64,000 nt of DNA from Babesia bigemina (lineage: Eukaryota): the NCBI RefSeq assembly GCF_000981445.1, contig NC_027220.1:62001-126000 (forward strand). Direction: 5' to 3'. Shown here piece after piece: positions 22,060-33,607 of this stretch. The notes below the pieces were generated by a model. It was not told the DNA's origin. It did not search any database and worked only from the letters and a program-made list of their open reading frames with translations. Made by a program: the position numbers and the translations under genes. The number at the start of each line of letters is the position of its first letter. Position 1 is the first letter of the stretch.

Positions 22060-24213
22060 CTAATTTAGCGATACGCGGTGGGCCTTCACGTACTCCCCGC
22101 CTCTTGCCGGGTGCCCCGTAATAGTCACGAAGTTGCTCACCAACACGGCGCCGATCTTCGCGCCGGGGCAACGGGTGACGTTCTCGATGCCAGTCTTGAT
22201 GACGTCGACCACGGCGCGAAACTTGGCTTTGGAATAGTGCGAGGCGATGTCAGCCGCCACCTGCAGCGCCTCGGCGGAGCCGCCGTGTCGACGCAACAAC
22301 ACGTGTGACCCCGGACAATCCTTGGTGTGTAACCAGATGTCACCTGGCAGCGAGAGCTCGTGTGTCACACGTTCGTTCTGCTCTGCGTTACGGCCGACGA
22401 TTATGAGGGGGGTGTTGGGGTCCTGAACGCAGGTCTTGATCACCAGGATGCCCTTGTAAGGGTTGACCTTTTTCACCCTGGCGCGGGGCACATTCCGCTC
22501 AGCCTCCTCGTCATCGTTGTCAGCGCCGCCAGTGTTGTCACGGTTAGAACCACCGCGCACAGCTCGGCCCTTGCTGCGGTACCCGGTCAGGTCGCCCAGG
22601 TCAAACACCTGGTCGTAGATGGTTCTCACCAAATCGAACTGCTCCGGCGACTTCCACTTCATTGCCGTACACAGCGATTTGCTGTATTCGTTGATGGTGT
22701 TGATGCGTTCGGTGACCTTTGCCAGACGCTCCACCTGCTGCTCGTCGCCAATGCACTGCTGGCGAATCTTCTCTAGCCGTTCTAGCGTGCTGTCTATCAG
22801 GGAGCGCGATTCCTCCGCTAGACGCTGATGAGCGTAAACGGGGCCGTTCGATCCCCAGTGGTGGAAAACGTAATCTATAATCGTTTTGGGACCACTACTA
22901 CCGACACTGTTCCCAGCAGGCGAGGATGGTTCGTCGACTGGGTCAGCGTTGGAGTTGGTAGCAGTCGCATCTTCAGTTTGGTTAGGTTCCCCAAGCCCCT
23001 CTCTACTGGTGTCAACATCACTGTCACCTTGATCCACAGATCCATCGTTGTCGCTGTTGCCATCTCCGGCCACAAAATGCAGCTGGGAATGAGACTCGTC
23101 GGATGAGCGTACCCATCTGATGAAAGTGTTGTGAAAATCGGCCAGGTTGTCGATTTTGGACACGTGCCTGGTGCAATCAACACCGGCCTTCGCTGCCAAA
23201 AGTGTCACACGCCTCGCGTCGAGACCCTCGTACGTCAGGATCATGGCCTTCAGCAGGCTCATGTGCTGCTTGCCCATGAAGCGAGAGGCGAAGTCGTCGT
23301 AAGATTCGGAGGGGTCCGGCGTTGCCTTGTGCGAAGGCTCCGCCTGGAATACTGAGCCCACGCCGTCCTTTATACCGCTTTTTTCGTCGAAGGTCTCCGA
23401 CGTCAGCAGGATGATGCCATCCTTGTTGTCGGTCATTACGAAACGGTTGCCGGCGCGGCGGGCAACGAACATGATCCGGTAACTCTCGGCGGGACCATCC
23501 CCTCCGTCGTCACCAAGGTGCTGGTAGGCGGGCTTGAGGTCGATAGCCAGAATGCTTTTAAAGAAGTACGGGCAGTGTACCTTGGTAACGCGCAACCCGG
23601 ACAGCCCGGACATGACCGTCTCAAAGTACGACAGCTGCCGCTCTGTTGCCGGGATGTAGCTCGCCGAAGGACTGGGTACCAGCGGAAAGCCTGCCCGTTG
23701 GTAAAACAGGCAAAGCGAATCGCCACGTTCGAACCCCCTGAAATGCAACAGGGCCGCTTCCAGCGGCTTGGCCTCCACATACCACTTCTTCAATGGGATA
23801 TGCGTGACCCCGTTAAAGGTGGCGTTGGCCAACACCGCATTCAACTCCTCCGAATAGCGGCGCAGCATCCCAAAGTCCACGGCGACATTTTTAGCGCCGC
23901 TTTTTTCCGTAGGCGGCGGCTGCAGCACAACCTCATCGTTCTTGATGGTGTCGAATGACGCGATGCAATCATCGGGAGTAGCGGGATGGCGTGGAAGCTG
24001 GTCGTACGAGTGCATGTCGGCGGGAGCGCTGTCACTAACCCTCGCGCGCGCACACGAGATGCCTCGCCGGGCCGCTACGAGATTAGGCTTGACGCGCCTG
24101 CTCGCCGGTGCCGCAAACGTCAAAGCACGGCACCCGCGGCTCAACATTGCGCCTGTTCGCACGGACGCAATGCTGGCGGCAATGATGAGCACGCTCATAA
24201 GTGAAACCAGCAT
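22060..24213 (-). CDS. NFACT-family (FbpA/PavA/RqcH-like) protein with a bipartite apicoplast-type leader
   Basis: Signal peptide plus basic transit peptide; C-terminal NFACT-R motifs IIVGRNAEQNE...DIWLHTKDCPGSHVLL...AADIASHYSKA. Confidence 0.85.
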   Translation of the reverse strand: MLVSLMSVLIIAASIASVRTGAMLSRGCRALTFAAPASRRVKPNLVAARRGISCARARVSDSAPADMHSYDQLPRHPATPDDCIASFDTIKNDEVVLQPPPTEKSGAKNVAVDFGMLRRYSEELNAVLANATFNGVTHIPLKKWYVEAKPLEAALLHFRGFERGDSLCLFYQRAGFPLVPSPSASYIPATERQLSYFETVMSGLSGLRVTKVHCPYFFKSILAIDLKPAYQHLGDDGGDGPAESYRIMFVARRAGNRFVMTDNKDGIILLTSETFDEKSGIKDGVGSVFQAEPSHKATPDPSESYDDFASRFMGKQHMSLLKAMILTYEGLDARRVTLLAAKAGVDCTRHVSKIDNLADFHNTFIRWVRSSDESHSQLHFVAGDGNSDNDGSVDQGDSDVDTSREGLGEPNQTEDATATNSNADPVDEPSSPAGNSVGSSGPKTIIDYVFHHWGSNGPVYAHQRLAEESRSLIDSTLERLEKIRQQCIGDEQQVERLAKVTERINTINEYSKSLCTAMKWKSPEQFDLVRTIYDQVFDLGDLTGYRSKGRAVRGGSNRDNTGGADNDDEEAERNVPRARVKKVNPYKGILVIKTCVQDPNTPLIIVGRNAEQNERVTHELSLPGDIWLHTKDCPGSHVLLRRHGGSAEALQVAADIASHYSKAKFRAVVDVIKTGIENVTRCPGAKIGAVLVSNFVTITGHPARGGEYVKAHRVSLN

Positions 24214-24280
24214 CTCACAACCGCGGAGGGAAAATCACGCACCACGTTCGGGTGCTGCTGTGGAGCCGCTGCTGAGCATG

Positions 24281-25488
24281 TCATAACAGCAGCTTGTACT
24301 TGACCGCGTTGGGCAGCGTCTCGAACACCAGGTTGTTTCCCGAAAGCGAGGCGAAATGCCAAGCGTCGTTGCTGCTCCAGCATCCCAACCGGCTGGGGGC
24401 TGAGCACTGGTGGACGCTGTGGGTGCCGCTGCCGCACAAGTGCAACACGGTAGCGCTCGGCCCGCCAGTCAGTATCAACTGGTCATGGAAGGAGTTGAAC
24501 CTGACGTACTGAATACAGCTCTTGTGGTCGCCCGATAGCACGTTTAGCGGCTCGTAGGTGGCGCGTAGGTCCCAGAACGCGACCTTACCGTCCTCGCCGG
24601 CGGTAACCAGCTGATTAGGCACGTTCGGGTTGAAGGCGATATCCAACACGTCGGCGAAATGGCACTGGCCGTTACGCACTGCCACCGGCGATTCACCTGC
24701 CTGACGCCAATCCAGGATGTGGAATCCCTCACCACTCGCACATGCGAAGAGGTCCCGATGATGCAGGTCGAACTTGCCCGTAATGAACCGGTCCTTGTAC
24801 GTGTCCAGGGGATCTATCAGCCTCGTGGTGTAGTCGACCTTGGGTGGTTGGAAACGGCATATGGATTCGAGGGTTGAGCCGCGTTGCTGAAGGAGCACTG
24901 CGAGGCCCGGATGGACGACAGCCACTCGCAAATCTGGACTCTGGATCGTGCACGGGTCGAAATCGATTCTGCATCGGTGATATTACGGCTCTTCCAGGGC
25001 ACCTACGCTCTGATTATGCTCTCTAGTGGACCTGAGCTCGCGGAAACGACGATCGACGAAGGCGAGCCGGTGTCGAAGTCCACAACCCTCACGACGGATT
25101 CTGCATCTGCTGAGTTGCGTCTAGCCTAAACACACCATTGGCTTCTATGTCGCGCACAGAGAGCACGAACCGAAGACTGTCTGCCGAGTTGGAGATGTCG
25201 AGCAGTTGCTTCACCGGTTGAAGCGGAGGCGAGCGTGCCACCTGAGACACCGCGCCCTTGTTCTCGTCATAACACACAACCACGATCTGCCAATTTTATA
25301 AACGGGAAAACAGCGCGCCGCACCCGGTTGGACGCCGAAAAGTCGCTCGATGCCGCGGCGAAGCGGTGAAGGCTCGGCTCGGAACTCTGCAGGCTGGCGA
25401 CGGTGTTGAAACGCCCTCGCAAGGCATGGACGACTACACCCGAGCCAGAGAGCCCGCCGGGATTCGCATCGGAATCCAGAATCTGCAT
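24281..25488 (-). CDS. EIPR1: WD40 protein EIPR1/TSSC1 (EARP/GARP interactor); multi-exon
   Basis: DIAFNPN..LVTAGEDGKVAFWDLR..VRFNSFHDQLILTG..WSSNDAWHFASLS..LPNAVKYKLLL matches the TSSC1 C-terminal signature. The start is approximate. Confidence 0.8.
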
Positions 25489-25544
25489 TAAGAACAACTA
25501 GTGATTAACGGCTACACAGTGACTGCACGACCCAGACAATCGCG

Positions 25545-28500
25545 CTAATCCGACTCCACGTTCCAGCTGGCGTTCGTCTTGGAGCCGCGAGCGATATCTG
25601 TGTGTGTGTGTGATGTGTGGCAGCGTTTTGGCGTCGACTTACCGGGTTGCAGGCTGAATGACTCCGCGGCCTCGTTGGCCAGCACCAAGGCGTCCACATC
25701 GGACCCCGCCGGGACTACGCAGCGGCACGCCACGCACTTGCGGTTGGCGTGGGACGACGTGATGAGGAAGGCGAACTTCGGGTATGCCTTCGCCAGCGTT
25801 TGAGTGAACACGTTGAGTGCCTTCACATCTCCCTCAAGCACGTCGACGGTCATGCGGATCAACTCCATTCCCGACCTCGTTATCTTCGCATCACCGAATT
25901 CGCCGGTCTTGAAACGGGCCAGGTACTCGGTGGACAGGTTCTTGGCGACCACGCCGAGCTTCTTCTGGTGGACCTTGCCGGCATCGATCTGCGGCGGATG
26001 AGATTCAAAAATGTGCGCATACCTGTGCATTGATCATGGCGTCGAAGGTGGCCTTCAGGTCACGCTTGCCCAAAAGCGGCAGCAGCTTTTCGCTCTGCAT
26101 CTCGAAACGAAGCGCCGTGAGTTGCTTCATGTTCTCATTGGCCTGCTGTGCCATCACGGCGGTGTCCATGCCGTCGGTGAACTTGTACAGCCTCGACTCC
26201 AAATCGGCCAATCTTTGCTTGTATGACGAAAGGATCGCTTTCGACGATTCACTTTGGTCGTGCGTGGCCAGCGTCAGGCGGCGGACGCCCTTAGATATGC
26301 CTTCCTCGCCCACCACAATCACGCTCTTCAGCACGCCAGTAGATGGCACATGGGTGCCACCACAAATCTCGATGGAGTTAACGTTACCATCCGCCTTCTC
26401 ACCCGCCTTGGCCATGCTCACGACACGCACCGTCTCCGGGTACACGTCAGTGAAGTTGGCCCTGATGCCTGGGATTTCGGCAGCTTCCTTGAACGGCAGC
26501 TCCTTCACCTCGACCTTCCAGTCGGCGTCGATGATCTCCTGAAGGCGGCTCTCAATGCGCTGCAACGTCTCGTCGTCCAAGGCTTTTGAAGCGGCGATGT
26601 CGAACTTCAGCTTCTCAGCATCAAGTTGCGACCCACGCTGGTACGACTTTTCGTCGTACACCTCGCGCAGAACGAAGTTCAGCAAGTGAGTGCCGCTGTG
26701 GTTGCAGGCAACCTTGACGCGGCGTTCGTAGTCTACACGGGCCTTCAAAGTGGCGCCGGGGCGGCACAATTCGTCGCCGCCGGCTTCACACACGCAGAAG
26801 TGGAACACCATACCGGCCATCTTCAGCACCTTCAAAACCCTGAAGGGTCCCAACAGACCTTCATCCCAAATCTGGCCACCTGACTCGGAGTAGAAAGGCG
26901 TCCGGTCCAAGACCACGGCGAAGACCTCGCCATCCTGCAGGGGCTGATTCAGTCCGCCGAGCGTCCACCGCGCCAGCACCTGGACGTCGAACTCGAGGTT
27001 GTCAGTGTAGCCTTTTTCAATGCCCTGGTACTTCAAAGAGTCGTCGGTTGCGCGACCGCCTATTGCGTTTGAAATGGTTGCCAACACGTCGGCGGAAAGC
27101 GACGCCAACAGGTCCGCCATGCCCTGCTCAACGGGGTCGTCCGACTTCACCTGCTTCTTCTCGGAGAGCATCTGGTGGCGCTTGAAGTGTTCGTTGAACC
27201 CATCGACGTCAACGTCGACGCCCATCTCGCGTGCCATGAGCTGGGTGAGATCCAGCGGGAACCCGAATGAGCTGTACAGCAGGAATGCATCGGCGCCGCT
27301 GACCACGACAGGCGCACTGCCGTCGGAGCTGGCTTGCAACTTTGCCACCGTCTTGCGGAAACGGTCGCAACCCTTGTCGAGAGTCTCCAGGAAAAGCAAC
27401 TCCTCATTATGGATCGTAGAAGTTATCTTGTCGTTCTGGTTCTGGATCTCGGGGAAGGCCCCGCCGAGCGACGATACCACGCACTCGACCAGCTTCGACA
27501 GGAACGGACCGGTAGCGCCCAGATGTTCCTTGCCGTAACGTACGGCGCGACGCAAAATGCGCCTCAGCACGTAACCACGCCCGTCATTGGACGGCTCTAC
27601 GCCATCTGCGATGGCGACTGTGAGGCACCTTGCGTGGTCGGCCACAACCCTGTACGCGACATCCACGATGGAGTCGGATCCGCCATACGGAGGCAGATGG
27701 GGCATCAGCTTGTTGATGTAGGCAAAAATGTCGGTGAAAAGGTCGCAGTCGTAGTTGCTGTAGCTGCCCTTGAGGACGGCAGTAACACGTTCCAAACCCA
27801 TGCCGGTATCGACGCACGGCTTTGGAAGCAACTCCACGCTGCCGTCACTCTTGCGGTTGTACTGCATGAACACGAGGTTCCACAGCTCAACCACCATCGG
27901 GTCGTCCGCGTTGACCAAGTGGGTGGCGTCCCTACCGCCTGCACATGCTGAGAGGCCACACGAGCGAACACCTACCGACGTGGTCGTAGTGGATTTCGGA
28001 GGAAGGGCCGCAGGGACCCGTGTCCGCCATCTCCCAGAAGTTCTCCTTCATACCGAATGGCAAGATTCGCTCGGGAGGCATGTAGCGCGCCCACAAGTCG
28101 CGGGTCTCCTCATCGGGCTTGCACGCCGGTAGCTTAGGGTCACCCCCGTAATACGTGATGTAGATGCGCGAGGTGTCCAGCTTGTAGACCTTGGTCAACA
28201 GCTCCCACGCGTAGTCGATGGCCTCCTTTTTGAAATAGTCGCCGAAGCTCCAGTTGCCAAGCATCTCGAAAAAGGTATGGTGGTAGGTGTCACGGCCGAC
28301 GTCGTCGAGGTCGTTGTGCTTGCCACCAGCGCGGATGCACTTCTGGCTGTTGCAGACGCGGCGCAGACGGCCGTACTCCGTGGTAGCGTCGGCCTTGCCG
28401 GTGATGATGTCCTTGAACTGGTTCATCCCCGCGTTGGCGAAGAGCAGCGTAGGGTCGTTGTGCGGCAGCACGGGCGAGCTCTTCCAAAAGACGTGGCCTG

Positions 28501-28854
28501 CCCGCTCGAAATGGCGAATGAACTCGCTGCGCACCCAGCCGCTGCTGTTCACCTCGAAGCCGAGGTCGTTGTGGCCCTTGGAGGAGCCAGCGGCTCCCTC
28601 CTCTCCACTCGTCATTTTCCAGGTACTTCGCGTCGGTTTACACCCCTGACAAACGTGAAGAAGAACACCCAGCTGATGAATACCTTATAAAGTGGACGGG
28701 CTGAACCAAAATCAACGTGTAAGGGCGCTGAAGAGCCAATGAAACTATGGCGATGCAATCGCAGGGGACCGAACCGCGGAGTCACGCTCGCTACGCGGCA
28801 TATGAGAGGATCCAACGCTGCTGCCCAGATTAGCAACAATCCTTTGGCATACAT
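25545..28854 (-). CDS. AlaRS: Alanine--tRNA ligase, with an upstream signal/transit-peptide exon; second ATG at 28615
   Basis: [48 protein letters not shown], editing motifs HSGTH and CGGTH. The leader exon 28854-28684 splices in frame via intron 28683-28646. Confidence 0.97.
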
Positions 28855-29352
28855 ACAGGTGCGTGCTGGCCACGCAAAACGGGATGCTACAGCTGCTTCC
28901 CCATTTGCCGGGCGTACACATTGACTCGCTGGTGGCTCCGTTCGGCGGCAAACAGTGGAAATTCGAGGCAAACGAGATTAGCCTATTATTAATTGCCGTT
29001 GCTTGCTATTTCGCAGTGCGGTCGTGGCAGTAATACTACCGGGAGGGAACGTGTTGGATGTGCGTCACGCCCTTATACTCAGAGAACTAATGCGCAGCGT
29101 CGCTCCCAGTGCCGTTCAAAGGGAGCGGGCGAAACGGGAGTTGTGCTTCGTTCAGCACTGTAGACTCGCAGCCTGCGCAATACCCGTAGCGAGGTGTTTC
29201 CGTAGACCGCTTGCAGCGGCGGCCCGCCACAGGCGACGTCGCACGCCAATCGGCTCACCGTAGCGAGGCACAGGACTCCCATAAGAGGGACTCAGTTGTA
29301 CACACTTTTATAGGCTGTTTGTCGTCACCGCGTAGGGCCGGTTGACCTTTGC

Positions 29353-29676
29353 ATGGGCCGCAAAGAGGTCGATACGCCGTCAGGGGCGCTGGGCTGTGAC
29401 TCTGAGGCCGGACGGCTCAAAACTGTCTCGGGAAGTGTGTGCGTGTTATCTGTAATAGCTTTAATCGCTACGTGTGTGTCAGTAGAGGACGTTGACACGC
29501 TGAAGAGCCGAGGCGTCACCCGGTTGCTGCTGGCGTTACTAGGGACGTTTTCACTCTCCTTCGTGGCCGCTTGGAAGGCTGAAGAAGTATCTGAATGTGG
29601 AGCAAATGCGTCAAAAGTCGCGCTGCAATATGCCATTGCCCTGATAATGCTTTATGTGTACTGCAGTTGCATCTAA
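29353..29676 (+). CDS. Possible small protein with three hydrophobic segments
   Basis: 107-aa ATG ORF with three hydrophobic stretches. The opposite strand also has open frames, so the call is uncertain. Confidence 0.3.
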   Translation: MGRKEVDTPSGALGCDSEAGRLKTVSGSVCVLSVIALIATCVSVEDVDTLKSRGVTRLLLALLGTFSLSFVAAWKAEEVSECGANASKVALQYAIALIMLYVYCSCI

Positions 29677-29875
29677 CCGTGCTAGGGATATACCACTCAT
29701 AGCATCCAATAGGGCCTTCGCTTCAAGGTTACGTAGGTAGGTGTACGCAGCAGGAGCACGCAACTCTGGATCGTCTGGGCAACTGGCGAAAGCTACGTAT
29801 CGACGTGCCGCAGCTGGTATGCAGCACTGCATGACTACACAAATCCCATTTATCGCTGCCCGCTAACGCTGCAAA

Positions 29876-32124
29876 ATGGAAGGAATCGAAGAGGCGCCGC
29901 GATACGATCTGGCGAAGTTCGTCGACAACCCTGTCGAGTTTCTCAATGAGCACTTCACGGACGAATGCAACTTCGCCGACATCGACGCGCTCATCGCTGA
30001 GGTCAAAGGAGAGATGCGACAGCAGGATTGCAAGCTCATGGAGGTCATCAACGATAAGGCGATCAGCATAGAGATGGCTCACGAACGCTTCGAAAAATTG
30101 CAGTGCGCCACCAACGACCTCATTGCGCAGATGGCGGAGATTCAGATACCCACGATGAGGGGCGAGCAGTCCCTCAAAATCTTGACGGCGGACATTCGCG
30201 CGCTTAATCACGCGAAAAACAACATATGCAACACCATCACCAACCTCAAACGCATCCTGATGCTATCCACGATGCTAGAGTCGCTGCGCGAGAAGGCCAA
30301 GAATCGCAAGTATAACGAGGCGGCCGGGCTGGCGGTGGTTGTGCGCGAGCTCTATCAGCTTGTGACGCCCCTGCGCGAGGCGCCGCCAGTTGTCAGGTTG
30401 CTCACGGCGTGCAAAACCGTTATGAACAACCTCAAGCAGCAGATCACGGAGGACCTGGAGGTCATGCTCGCACTCAGCACAACGCAGAAATACATGGACA
30501 CGCCTCTGGAGCTCGAGGAGGTATGCAAGTGCGCAGATGCCATTGACGAGGGCATACGCCAACACATTGCGACGAAATACGCGCAACACGTCACCAAGAG
30601 TTACGAGAGCATGTTCTCCACCACCTTCGACCTGAAGAGTTAGTTCCCACACAGCATTGCCTACTAACGCGTCTCAGCTCTCGACAACATCAACGAGAGG
30701 TTTGCGTGGCTGCGGCGCACCATCAACGAGTTTGACGAACTGTACGGAACAGGCGTCCCGGAGTTCTGGCGCATTCAGGCCACCGGTGCGTGGGCGTTCT
30801 TCGAAGCCTGCCGCAGCCAGGTGGTTGCCACCCTCACGAGATCCAAGGAGCAGTTTGACGCCAACGTCATTCTCACCTCACTATTAAGGTGCAAGGAGTT
30901 CGAGCAGGAGCTGGACTACCGACTCAGCAACTATTGCGACACGCCAACCAGTGTAGAGCGGCAGGCGATAGAGTTCCCAGAGGCAGTTCCATCCCCCAGG
31001 CAAACAGATGAGGCGGACACTGAGCAGCGGAAGCCGCTCAAAGGCGTCCTCAGCAGGTGCTTCGAGAACCACCTCGGCCCCTGGGTCGCCAATGAGGAGG
31101 TGCAACTCGATGTCCTCTACCAGAAAATCGTCTCCAACGGGGACGGTAGGTGGAACGCGTTACAATGTCATCGTATGCAGATGCCATCATTATGCACGTG
31201 CTGCGTTCGGCGAAGGAGCTATTCTCGGCGATCAGCGTGAGGCTCAAGGCCGTCCTGGCCGTGAGCTCGGAGCAGACGCTATTCGAGATGAGCATGGTGT
31301 TCCGACGCTCCATCGGCAAGTACCAGGTGCACTTGCAGGATAAGCTGGGGAAAGTGGAGAAGCATGCGCCACTGCAAAAGGTCTTTAAGCAGTGCGGGTT
31401 CATCACGGCCACCTGCGACTACGTCACCGAGATGCTGGAGCACCTCAACGACGAGATTGTGGAGGCGATTGCGCCGGCGTACAAGGAGAAGGTTCACTTC
31501 AACGCGGAGAAAGGTACGCACGCGTGGTCGGTTACTAACGATGGGCAGAAAAAATTAACGTCACCAAGTCCAAAGCCGTGAAGAGGCTGATTGACGAAAG
31601 CTGCAAGTTCGCGCCCATCACCCCCAACGTCGTTGCGCCACTCAAAAGCCTAGAGGAACGCGTCATACAGGTTATCACGCTTACTGTGGACCACCTGCCG
31701 TCTGGGTACCTGCACTACGTGACCAACAAGGTCACACGTGGAGCCATGGCGCACCTGAAGACCACCATTTTCTCGCTAGCAAGCGTCACCGAGGGATACT
31801 GTCAGCAGCTGCTCTTGGACTCGTACAGTCTGCAAAAGCTTCTCCTCGAGACCGTGAAAACTCTGGTTGACCCACTGCCTCTGGGTAAGTTAGGCCGCTG
31901 CCCGCTTCAGTAGCTTCAGGGTACCTTGAAGCCACGTCTTCGGAGATGGACAAGCTGCAGACGCTCATTAAGGTGCTCAACTCGGCAGCGTCACACACGG
32001 ACGCCTTTGAAGGTGGGCATGCAATTTCAGGTTATAATCCTGCGCAGCGCTGCTGATCGAGAACGGAGGCACTTGCACCAAGAAGGAACTTGACCAGATT
32101 CTCGCCATCCACCGCAAAAAGTAG
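29876..32124 (+). CDS. VPS53: Vacuolar protein sorting-associated protein 53 (GARP/EARP subunit); multi-exon
   Basis: PVEFLNEHF...LTADIRALNHAKNNICNTITNLKRILML, LDNINERFAWLRR, LSRCFENHLGPWV, CQQLLLDSYSLQKLL. Short introns link the ORFs; TAG at 32122-32124. Confidence 0.9.
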
Positions 32125-32179
32125 ACGCAAGTACACAAATTAAATGTTTATAACGTTAAAGCTTCAAATGTGGTGACTG

Positions 32180-33337
32180 TTAATAGTGCTTGAATCCCAG
32201 GAGCTTAGACAGCCCTTGCCGTGTCTTGGCGCGTTCGCTGTCTTGCTGGTTTTTCGCTGCGAACCGGCGGCCCAGATCGACGTCCATGCCACCTCCCATC
32301 TGTTTCAGCTGGCGCGTGACGTCAGTCGGGTTCACCGCAATCGTCTTCAGCAGGCCGATCATGTGGAGCAGCTCGCGGTCACTCTCGTCGCCGTCAAACT
32401 CACGGATCAAAATGGAGTTGCCCTCCTGCAGCGTGCAGGCCACGCGGTCGTGGTCGAGCAGGATAACGCGGCGCAGGTCACGACCCAGCTTGCTCAGGTC
32501 CTTGATGTACGACCCTTTGAACTTGGTGCAGCGGTCCCGGTGGATGCAACCGATGACGGGGAGCCCCCAACGATTGGCAACGTCCGTCGCCACTGGGTAG
32601 GCGTCGTCGGACCACAGCACAATCTCGTAGTAGTTGATCAGCTCGCGGAAGAACCGGTCCGCGTAGGGGCGCTTCTTCACTTGCCACCCGGTGCGACGGT
32701 CGTACTCAAGCTTGGCCACCACCTTGTCCAGGTCGACCACAAGGGTCGGGAGGTTCGGAGGATAGTTCAGCAGCTTCACGTCCGGTAGCAACGGTCCGTT
32801 GTCGCTCGGGAACAGCACGTTGACACGTTCCACCACGTAGTCAAAGCAACGCTCGAGCAACGAAAGAACACTCTCGTCCTTTTCGCGAAAGTGGGATAGG
32901 AAGTATCCCGCAAGCACCAAGGAGGCGCATCCTGCAATGCCGAGCGGAAATGGGGACACGGTTTTTTTCTCAGCGCTGCCTTCATCGCCACCGTCCTTGC
33001 CTGGGTTGGCATCGCTCTCGCCTTCCTGACCTTCGGCGTACGTAGCGCGGCTGCTTTCTCCTGCGCCTTCCGATTGGCTTCCTACGGGCGATGCGGCGGT
33101 CGCAGTCGCGTAGTTACCGGCTTCTGCCGTTTCACTTTGAATCCCCGACACTCCCGGTTTCGTTGTCGAGAAAGCGCGACACCACGGCAACGCAACGCGC
33201 AAACCAGATTGAGAAACGGGGAACTTCGTCTTGGAAGACCAGAGCGAAGGTGAATGGTGCGATAAAATTGCGATTTGCGGTGCACGTGCCAGTCTCAGGG
33301 GCTGGAAAACCCCGAGAAGGACGCGACCAACCGTCAT
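32180..33337 (-). CDS. TIM50: Mitochondrial import inner membrane translocase subunit TIM50 (FCP1/NIF-like domain)
   Basis: Presequence, a single TM, PLLPD..PTLVVDLD..EYDRRTGWQVKKRP..YYEIVLWS..IKDLSKLGRDL. Confidence 0.92.
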   Translation of the reverse strand: MTVGRVLLGVFQPLRLARAPQIAILSHHSPSLWSSKTKFPVSQSGLRVALPWCRAFSTTKPGVSGIQSETAEAGNYATATAASPVGSQSEGAGESSRATYAEGQEGESDANPGKDGGDEGSAEKKTVSPFPLGIAGCASLVLAGYFLSHFREKDESVLSLLERCFDYVVERVNVLFPSDNGPLLPDVKLLNYPPNLPTLVVDLDKVVAKLEYDRRTGWQVKKRPYADRFFRELINYYEIVLWSDDAYPVATDVANRWGLPVIGCIHRDRCTKFKGSYIKDLSKLGRDLRRVILLDHDRVACTLQEGNSILIREFDGDESDRELLHMIGLLKTIAVNPTDVTRQLKQMGGGMDVDLGRRFAAKNQQDSERAKTRQGLSKLLGFKHY

Positions 33338-33607
33338 GCTGAGTGGCCGGGCTGATAAGGCAAGTAATCGCGTCAACGCGCTGATTTGAACGGACCCCCT
33401 CGGAGCCGGTTTAAAACTATTTGCGTGTGCGATACCTCCTTGGCGTTTGGCGACGACCCTGGGATTCCACCGTCGCGCTCAACACTCGACACGTCCCCAG
33501 CGACACACCCGGATACACGGCACCTGCCGACAACACAATATTACGTGAGTAAATAAGCTACTGCATAGGCGCATATGGTCTATCGGTGTAGACAATTTGT
33601 CTTCCGC

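Noticed and set aside
25598..25620. (GT)n microsatellite
   Set aside because: Short and inside a probable last intron of AlaRS.
18037..33012. Many long antisense or alternative-frame ORFs over GC3-rich genes
   Set aside because: They are shadows of strong codon bias and show no recognisable motifs.
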